64,000 nucleotides of DNA, taken from NCBI GenBank assembly GCA_964016885.1, contig OZ024740.1:335358001-335422000 (forward strand). Reading direction: 5' to 3'. The position numbers were made by a program, and so were the translations under genes. Shown here piece after piece: positions 42,262 to 54,933 of this stretch (position 1 is its first letter; each line of letters begins with the position of its first letter). The stretch comes from Eledone cirrhosa. Lineage: Eukaryota. Under the pieces are notes generated by a model. It was not told where the DNA came from and did no database searches. It saw only the letters and a program-made list of their open reading frames with translations.

Positions 42262-43343
42262 CTAGCAGAGGTACCCGACATTGCTTGGGTATTAAATAGC
42301 AGTTGTGTATACCATTTATGTCAATACTTCAGTGCTGCTTCGAAAATCATCTTTTACAAAATCATCGGCTTTTTCCAAAAGGGGGTTCCTGCCCCCAGGC
42401 GTCCCCTACTCAATATGTGCCAATTCTGAGAGTTCACATTCATCTGTAGGACAAACGTAGCCCATGTGTCAAGTTTTATGAAAATCGGTTGCGAACTCCA
42501 GAAGTTATGACGTTTTGTTGCATTGCACTGCAGTGCTTCATTCGACTCCAAGAAAGTGGTTAAAGGGGGTTATCTGCCGGGAGGCCCTATAATCAATATC
42601 TGGAAAAATGAAAGTGCCCATGACCATCCGGAGTACATAAGTAACCCATGTCTTAAGTTTGGTGAACATACTGTAGAAATGCATGAGGTTTATACATACG
42701 CGTGCGTGCGTGTGTGTGTGTGTGCGTGTGTGTTTGTGGGTGTGTATCTATTTGTGTGTGCGTATGTATGTGTATGTTCGTCGGGGCATACGTATGTACT
42801 GGCCTAAATCTTCACTATTTACTTTTACTATTTTAATAACCTCTGTCATTTTCGTTTTCCATTTTATTGACATCATTCTTAAACTCCGGGGCTGGAAATC
42901 ATTTTGTTATGTTAAATAGAATATTAGTCTAACGACTCCATTTATACCATAAACTTGGTCTTGTCTTTACATGAAATTGTCCTTCTCGCTCCACATAACG
43001 ACGTATTATCCTCGCTTTTTTTCCCGTTCATTGCCAGGGAACGTCTTCACGAACCAAAATATCGTCTTCCTGTTTTCGTTCGGTTGCAACGTTTCTCAAA
43101 ATATTTACTTCTGCGTTCACAGATTACTCTCAGTTCAATTTGAATGGGAAATTCCTGTTTCATCGAGTTTCTCCGTAACCATGGAAGCTTTTATCCTAAA
43201 AGTCGACCCAACGCCTCCTCGGATCATTCTGCATAACTGTGTAAATTTTCGCTGCCTATCCACCAAGCCGTTTCGACGTTTATCCGACTACACCTACTTA
43301 CTTAAATATACAACGTCCGACCACTTCCAATTTATATAGTAGA
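42262..43343 (-). mobile_element. Non-autonomous Helitron (~1.08 kb)
   Basis: Minus strand starts TCTACTATATAAA and ends with subterminal hairpin ACCCAAGCAATGTCGGGT then ..CTGCTAG. Inserted between A and T with no TSD; internal microsatellite. Confidence 0.85.
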
Positions 43344-43941
43344 TATATGTGTGTGTGTGTTTGTGTGTGTTTATGTGTGTGCGTGTGTGCGTGCGTGTGT
43401 GTGTGTGTGTGTGCGAGCGTATTTGTGTTTGTGAGGAAGTGTGATTATGTGGTTGTGTGTGCGTGTTCCTTTTAGTGTGGTAGAGTAGAATAAATCTGAG
43501 CCTCAGTTACTGATCATCAGGCGGAGATCAATGGCAAGGGAAAACAACTAGTATCACCAGAAACATCGGTTAAAATGTCTTGCCGCAATTGTTCTAGATG
43601 TCTTCGGTTTAAAGTCATTTCTCAATGAGATTAACTTTAACTTTCAGTCTTCCGAGGTCAAGAAATTAATGAACAGTCCAATACATGTAATTGAAGGAAT
43701 TGTGGGAATCTAATAGGAGACGTATTGGGGTATCCCTGCGTATTCATCGTTTCCAAGATAAAATTATCTATTTTAATTAAGCCATACATATAGTAAGGCC
43801 AATTTAAAGCAAATGTCCCGAAACCGATGTAAAGATTAGACGGTCCATACACTTGTGAATACAGAAAACTAGTATGGAATCAGTTCATATGACAGAACTC
43901 ACACACATGTCTATACGCACACACACAAACAACCACACATA

Positions 43942-43983
<42 letters not shown>

Positions 43984-44239
43984 CATATATATGTGTGTGT
44001 GTGTGTGTATGTGTGCCCGTTTGCATGTTTTTTTTTCAAAGCGGTAAATAAATGTTTAAGTAATAATTGTATATCTGTGTTTTTCAATATGTAATTTTAA
44101 GATGTAAATATATGCCTGTATATTACGTATATTTATTCTGCCTGTGTTTGCATGTACTTCTTTGTGTGTGTTTCACTTCGAAATATATATATATATATAC
44201 ATTATATATATATATATATAAACATATATTTATACATAC

Positions 44240-44336
<97 letters not shown>

Positions 44337-45584
44337 GCGTGTGTGTGTGTGTGTGTATGTGTGTGTGGGTTTCTCTGTGTTATCCAGATTTTTTGTCATG
44401 CTGCCTAAATAATACTTGTAAATGTTGTTTCAAGCTTTCAGTAATGGAAGGCAGCGACAGAAAATCGAACTCCTGTCAACAATAAGATAAGCTGTACACT
44501 TTCAAATAACAGATAAGCAATCCAATGTATTGAGGCTGCGAAGGAACCTGTATGAGGCAAGTTGAGCTGCTGAAAACAACAGCAAATCTCATAAGGCCAT
44601 ACTTAAGCAAAATAAAATATCACATTGGAATTTGTCGTCTTAAATAGAGCATGCATGACAAAATAGAAATGATTGTCGCCACTGATATGCATAAATGGTC
44701 ACGGCTAATGTGTATGAATGTGTCTGTACGTATTGTCCTACTAGACTGACATAAAAATGTACATAATATGTTTAGCACTAGACCAACCTAGATCTAGCAA
44801 ACCTACGATGTAAGACGTGCCAGCAGAAATCAACACGTTTCATTTTACTTGTGATTTCTATCACAATGGACATCCACGTAGACACTCCTTTGGCGTCTCT
44901 TGTATTTTATGTAAATATGTGTATTTCATATATTACTTTACTCTATTAATGATTTTAGCTTCAATAGTCGGAGCTCTTGCTGTGCTTTCGGTATAATTAA
45001 TAGTGCAGCCTTCCTTGTATATTTTATATTAGTTGAATAGGTAGCATTAGTGCCATGTGTCTCATACGTGGCATATGTTTATCTGAGATATAATGAATTA
45101 GACTAAATGTTGCTTTAACATCTAAATGTTGCTTTAAGGTACATACACATTATATACATATGTCAGATATGGAAGTGATTAGAAGTTCAGTTATTGTAGC
45201 ATGTTGTCCTGATTTGCAATAGAGACGGTAGGAAGTTTGGTACAATGCATTGGCGACACTATGGCGATTCAAAAATACTTGGTGCCAACAAATGTGTTCA
45301 TTTTACAACGGCATATCTATAATAAATAAATCCTGAGAATTCAGGAGATTATAGTAACGCTACTTAGAAAGAAATGAAGTACGCAAAATGTAACGCTCAG
45401 TGTGAATATCATTTATTGTAACGCGTTCATCAAACATCGGCGTCATTTGTTTGAGAATGAATAAAATGTATTTTATTGAACTCATATTTTACAATTATAT
45501 ACATATATATATATATATATATTTTTCTTATAGAATACAGCTTCTATAATTTTCGGTGATGTATATATATGTGTGCGTGTGTGT

Positions 45585-45714
45585 GTAAGGATGAAAGGCA
45601 AAGTTAACTTCGGCGGGATTTAACTTTGCCTTTCATCCTTACGGGGTCGATAAAATAAAGTACCAGTAATGCAATGGGATAATTGCTGGCCTAGTACTAA
45701 AAGTAGAAACAATT
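45585..45714 (+). mobile_element. SINE family A with 5' inversion
   Basis: GTAAGGATGAAAGGCAAAGTTAA..TTAACTTTGCCTTTCATCCTTAC hairpin, then the normal 3' end. Confidence 0.8.
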
Positions 45715-45814
45715 ATTATTATTATTATTTCTTTAAGCACTTTGCATATTCTTTCATTTCTATCAGATTATTATATTGCAGCTCTGCCTCATGCAACGAG
45801 CACTGTCAATACAA

Positions 45815-45885
<71 letters not shown>
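45815..45885. repeat. (TAA)n microsatellite, target of the RLE LINEs
   Basis: Further (TAA)n tracts at ~49171-49220, 49539-49613 and 52446-52462 separate and end the elements. Confidence 0.95.
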
Positions 45886-45886
<1 letters not shown>

Positions 45887-48800
45887 CCCAAGGAGAGGGG
45901 CTACAGGAGACGGATGCATAACATCTGGAACGAGATTGGTTTATTTAAATTAGATGAACAAAAATTGGCCGGGCAGGCTTGGGTAATAAGAACTAATGGG
46001 TGGATAAGCGAGCTGGAACTGGAGGAACTGAGCAGAGAGAATGGCTTGGAGATGGCGGGTGTAGTATGCCAGACAAGCGAGCCGGCAGGAAATGAAGGTG
46101 AGGAGGTCCTGAGAACGGAGGAACCACCCGAAGCAGACAATGATCTGAATACTGAGATAAATAATACCTGGAACAGAGATACGGCCACTGAGGAGATGAA
46201 TGCTGACGGGCTAGGACAAGATTCGGTTGACATCCTAAATTTAGTGGTAGATGAGTTGAACAATGATAGTGGGAGACCTATGAACCTAAGATTTGTAGAC
46301 AGGAAAAAGTTAAAAGAAACAACAGCTAAGGTAAACAAAGTCATCCCATACCTTGAGGCGAGGAGTCTTCACCAGTGCAACAATATCCTCAAAGCAACAG
46401 CAAATACGGTGAGGAAACTACTTGGTATAAAAGCGAGAGGAAACAACAGACAAGAAAGAGCAGAGCCGTGGTGGAAGAAGCGACTGAGTGGGCAAATCGA
46501 GGAAATGAGAAATGACATAGGAAAGCTTGAGTCACTACTGAATGGGACACTAAAAAACATAGGCACTAAAAATAGACTGGAAATAAAATACAAAACTAGG
46601 AGTAAAAAGCTAAATATTATCATAGAGGAATTGAAGCAACGCATTGTAGCAAAGAGTGCCAAAATCAGGCGATACGAGAACAGAGTCAGTCAGTATAAAC
46701 AGAACCGCATGTTCGACAACAACCAGAAGATGCTGTTTGGACAGCTTGAGGGGAAAGAAAGAGGCAACGACTTGATCCCTGGGGCGGAACAAGCTAAAAC
46801 ATTCTGGAGAGGAATATGGGAGCAGGATGTTAGACACAATGCCCAGGCAGGGTGGATTGAGACAGTACAGAGGGAGATCGGTGAGCAGGCACAGCAACAG
46901 ACTGATTTGAGTATCACAGTTGAAACTCTTAAGGGGCAAGCCAAAAAACTAACCAACTGGAAATCACCAGGCCCAGATGGTGTGCAGGGGTATTGGATTA
47001 AACATTTAACATCCCTCCACCCGAAGCTGACGGCCATGTTCAATGACTGCTTGGTGTCGGGTGAGGTGCCAGAGTGGTTGACAAAAGGTACCACAGTTCT
47101 GATAATGAAAGACCGAATCAAGGGTAATGATGTTACCAACTATAGACCTATCACATGTCTGCCCGTAATGTGGAAACTGTTGACGAGCATTGTGTCTGAG
47201 GAAATCTACCATCACCTCCACACAAACAACTTGTTGCCGGACGAACAGAAAGGATGCCGAAAGAAGTCACGTGGTACAAAGGACCAGTTGCTTATTGATA
47301 AGATGGTAATGGGGAATTGCAGGAGGAGACACACTGATCTTGCCATGGGATGGATAGACTACAGAAAGGCATTTGACATGGTGCCTCATTCCTGGATCAC
47401 CAAAAGCCTGGAGATCTTCAGGGTGGCAGATAACATCAGACAGTTGCTGGGCAGGAGTATGGGGTCCTGGGAGACAGAGTTGACATCAACTGGAGTATCC
47501 TTGGGAAGCGTGAAGATCAAGAGAGGTATCTTCCAGGGAGATAGCCTGTCCCCTCTGTTGTTTGTCCTTGCCCTGATGCCCTTGACCATTATGCTGCGAA
47601 AAGTGAGAGCAGGATACAAGTTGGGAAGGGGAGAGCTTACCATCAATCACCTCCTCTTCATGGACGATCTTAAGCTCTTCGGGAAAAGTGAGAAGGAGTT
47701 GGATGTGCTTGTTGACACTGTCCGTATTTTCAGCAGTGATATATGTATGCAGTTTGGTATTGGTAAATGTGGAGTCATTGTGATGAGGAGGGGTAGGTTG
47801 AGCAGAAGTAACGGGATCCAGATACCAACAGGTGAGATGATAAAGGAAATTGACTCTGAGGAAGGATACAAGTATTTGGGCCTTCTGGAGGCTGATGGCA
47901 TAAAGAACAAAAAAATGAAGGAATTGTTAAGAACTGAATACATTCGGAGAGTAAGGAGCGTATTGAAGTCACATCTGAACAGCAGAAATGCCATAAGCGC
48001 AGTAAATTCCCGAGCTGTGTCTATTATTAGGTACAGTGCGGGAATTCTGAGATGGAATGTTGCTGAACAAAAAGAAATGGATAGGAAGACTAGGAAGCTA
48101 TTGACTATCTACAACATGTTCCACAAGAGGAGTGATGTCGATAGACTCTACCTAAGGAGATCTGAGGGTGGAAGAGGTCTTATCAGCATAGAGGACTGTG
48201 TTCAGATGGAGAAAAACAACCTATACAAATACGTGACCTATAGTAAGGAGCCAATGCTCAGAGCTGTACTGAAGGAGGGGACAGTAGGCCAGGGGATATC
48301 CAAGGAGGAAATAACATCAAGGAGGAAGAGCAGCCTTAAGGGAAAATCCCTTCATAGTACCTTCTTTGAGAAAACTGAATTTAGAGATCCACAGACATGG
48401 AACTGGTTGAGAAGAGGAGACCTCAAAAAGGCTACAGAAGGAATGCTAATGGCTGCGCAGGAGCAGGCCCTCAAAACGAAGTGGTTGAAGCACCATATCT
48501 ACAAGGAGGAGGCTAGCCCACTGTGCAGGATCTGTGGAGAGAGAGAGGAGACTGTGGCTCACATTGTGTCCGAGTGTAAACACCTAGCCCAGACCCACTA
48601 TAAGGGCTGGAGACACGATGTGATGGGCAGGGTGATCCACTGGCACCTGTGCAAAGTAAACAATCTACCACATTCTGAGAAATGGTATGAGCATAGGCCA
48701 GAGGCGGTGATGGAGAACAGTCAGGTGAAGGTGCTGTGGGATTTTAGGATATAGACGGACAAAAAACTGGAACACAATAGACCTGACCTGGTGGTTGTGG

Positions 48801-49170
48801 ACAAAGAAAAAAGATCGTGCCTGATTGTGGATGTGGCCTGCCCGTTCGACACGAGAGTGCAAGAGAAGGAGAGGGAGAAAATTAACCGATACCAGGACCT
48901 AAAGTGGGAGGTGAAAAGGATTTGGAACTGCCATGAAGTCAAAGTGATCCCGATTGTCATAGGCGCACTGGGGACTATCTCCAAAGGTTTCCAGGGATGG
49001 TTAAAGAAAATCGGCCCCTTCACGCTTTTTGGAACGCTTCAAAAGGCATGCTTGCTTGGAACGGCAAGAACCCTCCGATACGTCCTGAATATCTGAGGCT
49101 GCAGGTAATGGCTTGATATTCAATCCAACGGACTTTCCAGTTAACCAACATCAATGACTGAGATTCAAGG
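45886..49170 (+). mobile_element. R4/Dong-clade non-LTR retrotransposon (RT + restriction-like endonuclease), slightly 5'-truncated
   Basis: Single ORF, short 3' UTR and (TAA)n tail; inserted in (TAA)n as Dong elements do. Confidence 0.93.
45887..49096 (+). pseudogene. RT-CCHC-RLE polyprotein interrupted by a single in-frame TAG (48752-48754)
   Basis: RGYRRRM..EQKLAGQ; WKSPGPDG; NYRPITCL; QKGCR; DYRKAFD; GIFQGDSLSPLLF; LFMDDLKL; YKYLG; GGRGL; CRIC..ETVAHIVSEC; RHD; WDFRI*TDK..RPDLVVVD..VDVACP..KINRYQDL. ORFs 45776-48754 and 48791-49096 are in the same frame. Confidence 0.93.
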
Positions 49171-49182
49171 AATAACAATAAC

Positions 49183-49221
<39 letters not shown>

Positions 49222-49243
49222 TAACCGATAAAAATTAAATAAT

Positions 49244-49538
49244 AAAAATTAACCGATACCAGGACCTAAAGTGGGAGGTGAAAAGGATTTGGAACTGCCA
49301 TGAAGTCAAAGTGATCCCGATTGTCATAGGCGCACTGGGGACTATCTCCAAAAGTTTCCAGGGATGGTTAAAGAAAATCGGCCCCTTCACGCTTTTTGGA
49401 ACGCTTCAAAAGGCATGCTTGCTTGGAACAGCAAGGACCCTCCGATACGTCCTGAATATCTGAGGCTGCAGGTAGTGGCTTGATATCCAATCCAACGGAC
49501 TTTCCAGTTAACCAACATCAATGACTGAGATTCAAGGA
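49244..49538 (+). mobile_element. Heavily 5'-truncated sibling copy of the preceding R4/Dong element
   Basis: Matches ~48877-49170 with about 5 substitutions; has its own (TAA)n tail. Confidence 0.92.
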
Positions 49539-49546
49539 ATAACAAC

Positions 49547-49613
<67 letters not shown>

Positions 49614-52445
49614 TTAACAAACTATAAAGTAGGTGAACATGTTAAACAAACTAAACTTAGAAAATTGAAAAAAAAGTACAGTATAAGATCAACATGTGAC
49701 ATAGACATGCTGATAGAAACAATCAAGCAAAAAGTGTCGGCCAAAGCTGCTCGTATAAGGCGCTTTGAAAAACGATCTAGATTCTATACGGACAATAATA
49801 TGTTCAAAAACAACCAAAGAAACTTCTACAGAAAAATTGGTAAGTCAACAATAACTGCTAAATCAATACCACCCAAGGAGGAAGTGCAAGAATTCTGGGA
49901 AAAGATCTGGGCCGAAGAAAAAGTTCATAACATACATGCCCCATGGATAGACAGACAAATGAAAGAAACAGCTCACCTTGAAGAACAAACATGGGAAAAT
50001 ATAACAGTTGAACAGCTGCGCTTGGCTCTAAGAAAAACCAGCAAATGGAAATCCCCAGGAAAAGACAAAATACAAAACTTTTGGATAAATGCCTTCACAG
50101 AGTCTCATGAGCTGTTAGCCCAACTTTACAATGAAATAGTTAAGGAGCCAGAAAAAGATACCTTCATGGCTAGTTAACGGCATTACATTCCTGCTTCCGA
50201 AGAATGATGAGACAAACAATCCCAAAAATTACAGACCGATAACTTGCTTGACCACAATGTATAAAATGTTAACATCAGTCCTAACTGAATACACATATGA
50301 CCACCTGATAACAAATGACCTATTTCCCATTGAGCAGAAAGGGTGTAAACGAGGCTCATATGGCTGTAAGGATCAGCTTCTGGTTAACAAAATGATACTG
50401 GAAGATTGTCATAATAGACACAAAAATATATCGATTGCTTGGATAGATGATAAAAAAGCATTTGATAGTTTGCCACACAGTTGGATTGAAAAATGTTTAG
50501 AGATTTTCAAAATATCCCCCGTTGTCAGGAGGTTTTTGTCATTCAGTATGAAGACATGGAAAACGACACTCCTTTTGAATAGTGAAACAAAATCACTGGA
50601 AGCTGGAGAAGTTAATATTAATTGTGGAATTTTTCAGGGTGACTCTTTATCACCGCTTTTATTCTGCATCGCACTTATACCATTAAGTAAAATGCTCAAT
50701 GAAACAAAACATGGATATAAAGTCTATGACAAAACCATTAATCACCTGTTCTACATGGATGACCTGAAACTATTTGCAAAAAATGATGAGCAATTGCAAG
50801 GGCTATTATCCACTGTGAAGCAGTTCAGTGATGACATTAAAATGGAGTTTGGACTAGATAAATGCGCCAAAGCAACGTTCACCAGAGGAAAGCTGCTGAA
50901 GAGTTCAGACATTAATCTTGATCGGGGGAACGTGATAAGAGAACTTGATCAAGAAAAAACTTACAAATATCTAGGTGTTTGTGAAGGAGACGGAATCAAG
51001 CACTCGACAATGAGGGAAAGGAAAGGAAGGAATGTTACCGCAGAGTAAGAGCAATCTTAAGAACGGAATTGAATGCAAGGAATAGGATCGATGCCATAAA
51101 CACGCTTGCCATACCAGTAGTAACCTACAGTTACAATGTCATCAACTGGTCAAGCACAGAGATCCGTAGGCTCGATACAAAAATTCGAAAATTCTTAACC
51201 ATGCACAGAATGCATCATCCTAAGGCAGATATAGATAGAATATATCTCCCTAGGAAAGAAGGAGGACGTGGGTTAATCCAGTTAGACATTGCGTTGAAAA
51301 CTGCAACAATTGGATTATCTACATATCTAAGGGAATCACATGATTGGATGATCAAACTCGTTTTGAAACACGAAAGCATCAAAAGATCATATTCCATTAC
51401 AAAAGATGCACAAAGATACAGTAATGGACTACAAATTTCAGAAGTCCCATTTACTGCTGAAATGGAAAACACAGAAAAAGCAAAGCAGGTAAAAGTAACT
51501 GCAAAGAAAGAACTGCTACAGAAACTGGCTAAGAAATGGCAAGAAAAGCCTCTGTATGGAAAATACCCAGAGCGAGCTAACAATCCTGATGTTGACAAAA
51601 CTTTAACCCATCAGTGGTTGGCATCCTCTGGACTGAAATCGGAGACTGAAGGACTGATTATATCAGCACAAGATCAGTGTCTGCCAACAAAAAATTACCA
51701 AGCCAACATAATAAAAAATGGATGCAGCCCATTATGCCGTGTATGCAAAAAACAACCAGAGACCATTGACCATATAATTTCAATGTGCAGTCCTATAGCT
51801 CCAACCGAATACCTAAACAGGCATGACAGAGCTGCACAATACATACATTGGATAATGTGTAAGCATTTTTACCTGCCCCATCAAAAGAATTGGTGGGAGC
51901 ATCAACCACCTCCCATACTTGAAAAAGATCACATCTAAATCTTGTGGAACTTTAGCATCCAAACAGACCGAAAAATAGATGCAAATAGACCTGATATAAT
52001 ATTGAAGGACTTTAAAAAGAGGGTATGCCTGCTAATTGATATGTCCGTTCCAATAGACAAGAATGTATCTATAAAAACATTTGAAAAATTGAGCAGGTAT
52101 AAGGACCTGGAGATAGAAATTGGAAAAATGTGGAAATTGAGAACTAAAACAATACCAGTGGTTGTAGGCGCTCTGGGAATGATACCTAAGGGGTCTAGTG
52201 ATTACTTATCGCAGATACCAGGAAACCCGCGTATAGGAGAATTACAAAAGATTGTACTAATGGGAACTGCCCATATACTAAGGAAGATTCTGTCAATATA
52301 AGTACATCACAAGTCTAAACACTAAAGATGCATGTGTGAGTATGTATGTTCTTCCTTGAACATGACGGACCTTGTTGTCTCTTGAGGTCACTGGTTGTGA
52401 CTTGGTGATAACTCGTATGAACATAAAGCAAGATAAATGCAACTG
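49614..52445 (+). mobile_element. Second, distinct R4/Dong-clade LINE, 5'-truncated and decayed
   Basis: ORF pieces 49521-50177, 50248-51048, 51069-51938, 51942-52301: WKSPGKD, NYRPITCL, GIFQGDSLSPLLF, FYMDDLKL, CRVC..ETIDHIISMC, RHD, RPDIILKD, KLSRYKDL. Two frameshifts and one stop; (TAA)n tail. Confidence 0.92.
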
Positions 52446-54418
52446 TAATAATAATAATAATACTATCAAAACAAATTTAAATTCTACCGTGGGGTTTAAT
52501 GTTTGTCAAATAGTCATAGCCTTTTGATATTTGTCGCATCGTCATCAGTGTGGCAGAGATTCAATCTATTTCTTTCACACGGATGATGAAACAAGCACCA
52601 GTGTCCTGGGGGTAAATTTTATATTTATTTTAATATTAATATTTGTTTCTTAGTGCATTTGTGTGATTATTTTTCCATGTTTATCAGATTATAATATAAA
52701 TGCGAACGGAGATAAAGAGAGAATGGGAGAAAATCGAAAAATGAAAGAGTCATAGAGAAGCTGACAGTCATATAGATAGATCAAAAGAGAGATTGATAGA
52801 GATAGCTTAAGAAAAAGGCAGATAGGAATTTGAAATAAAAGAATCAAGTAATATGAATCATAATTGCTAAATGTTTTAATCTTGCATGATGTCAGTGTCT
52901 ACATGTGTGTATGCGTTTCTGTGTCTGTATATGTCTGTATGTGTGTGCATATATTATATATGTGTATATTTGCATGATTTTGTATAGGTTTGTCATGTTT
53001 ACTCGTGATTTATCCCTGTTGTCTTATGAGTAGTAGGAATTATAATTTTAGCTAAGTTATTTCATGAACCTCTGTTAAGGTGAATTCTCAACAATATTTA
53101 TATTTCATTTTAGCAATTCCAATTGCATTGCATAGAATAATTTATGTTTGCATCCATTCTTCATTGGACAAATATAAACTTGAGTTTTTCATTCGATAAA
53201 GCGGTGGATTCGTTTAATCTTTAGAGCATGTGACAAAATGATTTGCTATAGTTTTCCTGCTCTTTGCATTCACAGGTAACCAGATGTAAAGCTGTATCAG
53301 CCTTTGAATTCCATTTCAATTACACGGGCGCCGCGTATATGGCAGATTTAAGCATGAGAAACTGCTGATCTTCCATACATTAAAAGAATCGTTCCTCTGC
53401 CTGCGCCGTGGAGATGAACTTTACAGGTTCAAATACCATGTCAACACTAACTGATTAAGGCTTTAGATAGTTATTCGTTCGATATGTATGATAGAGTATG
53501 TACATGAGTCATGAGTTGAAGTCTATCCCTAATCGTTCGTTTTGTTGTTTGCAAATAATATTTCATCCAATATCACTTCATTCCATCTAACTGTCGGAAA
53601 TAGATAACTGGTTAGCTTGGTTCAGCTTCAGTATATATTTCAACAATCAGTATATCTAACTGTATTAGTAAACTAGGTACTAGATAAATTGTATTAACAG
53701 CCAAACCGCAATGCGCCTGGCTATCAAGAGTATGCACAAGTCCAAACTAGTTCTGTCTCAGAATACAGTCCGCAATTCAGTTCTCTTAGATCTCAACAAT
53801 AAGTGCCATATGAAACTGGTTTACTCGCAAACAATAATACTTTAATTATTTTATTTCGCTGCCAGTGATATATACCACATCAATTAGGTACACATTCAGG
53901 TGAGTCTAACGTCAGTTATCCTTGACACTGGCTATACATACCAGATGAATCGGGTTCAGCCTTAGACTACAGCAGCTTATAACTCAGCTTACATAAATGT
54001 ATAAAAAATGGCTATCGGATCAATCGGGTTTAATTTCAGAATATAGTCCAGCAATTATTCCAGTTAGCCTTGCAATTGATCAGGACAGTGTTTCACATAA
54101 AAATATTTTCCAGTCATAATTCACCACTCTAAGGCTTCAAGATACAATTGATCAGCATCCTAAGTCAGCATCCTAAGCTACCAGCAATTCCAAACAGTCT
54201 TCATTCATTTACGAAATATTCAGCAAACGTAGTTGGTGTAATTGCGGAATATATAGATCAAGAACTAAATCACTCTATCTTTCCAGAAAAATCAGATCAC
54301 AGACTGAATTAGCAGATTTAATTTAGCAAATGTTCATCATTAACATATTTAATCCAAAGTATGTGTTTTTATACACACTGACACAGACACCATGTACACA
54401 CACACACACACACACACA

Positions 54419-54453
<35 letters not shown>

Positions 54454-54505
54454 GTGTCTTTGTCAGTGTGTATAAAAACTCATACATATATATATATATA
54501 TATAA

Positions 54506-54582
<77 letters not shown>

Positions 54583-54783
54583 TATATATATATGTATATA
54601 TGTGTGTGTATGTGTGTGTATGTGTATGTGTATGTATGTAACTGTGTGCATGTGTGCATATATATGAATATATACATATAAATATATGCATATATATTTA
54701 TATGTATATATTCATATATATGCACACATGCACATAATTACATACATACATACACACACACATATATAATATATCTATATATA

Positions 54784-54874
<91 letters not shown>

Positions 54875-54875
54875 G

Positions 54876-54933
<58 letters not shown>

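Noticed and set aside
43495-43523. Minus-strand CUGAUGA-UCAG-uaa-CUGA
   Set aside because: Followed by GG, not a GAAA core.
45776-45886. Poly-Asn N-terminus of the 992-aa ORF
   Set aside because: It is the (TAA)n target tract read in frame with a 5'-truncated LINE ORF.
52512-52553. Minus-strand CUGAUGA-C-GAU..AUC-AAAA
   Set aside because: GAAA absent and only 2 bp of helix I.
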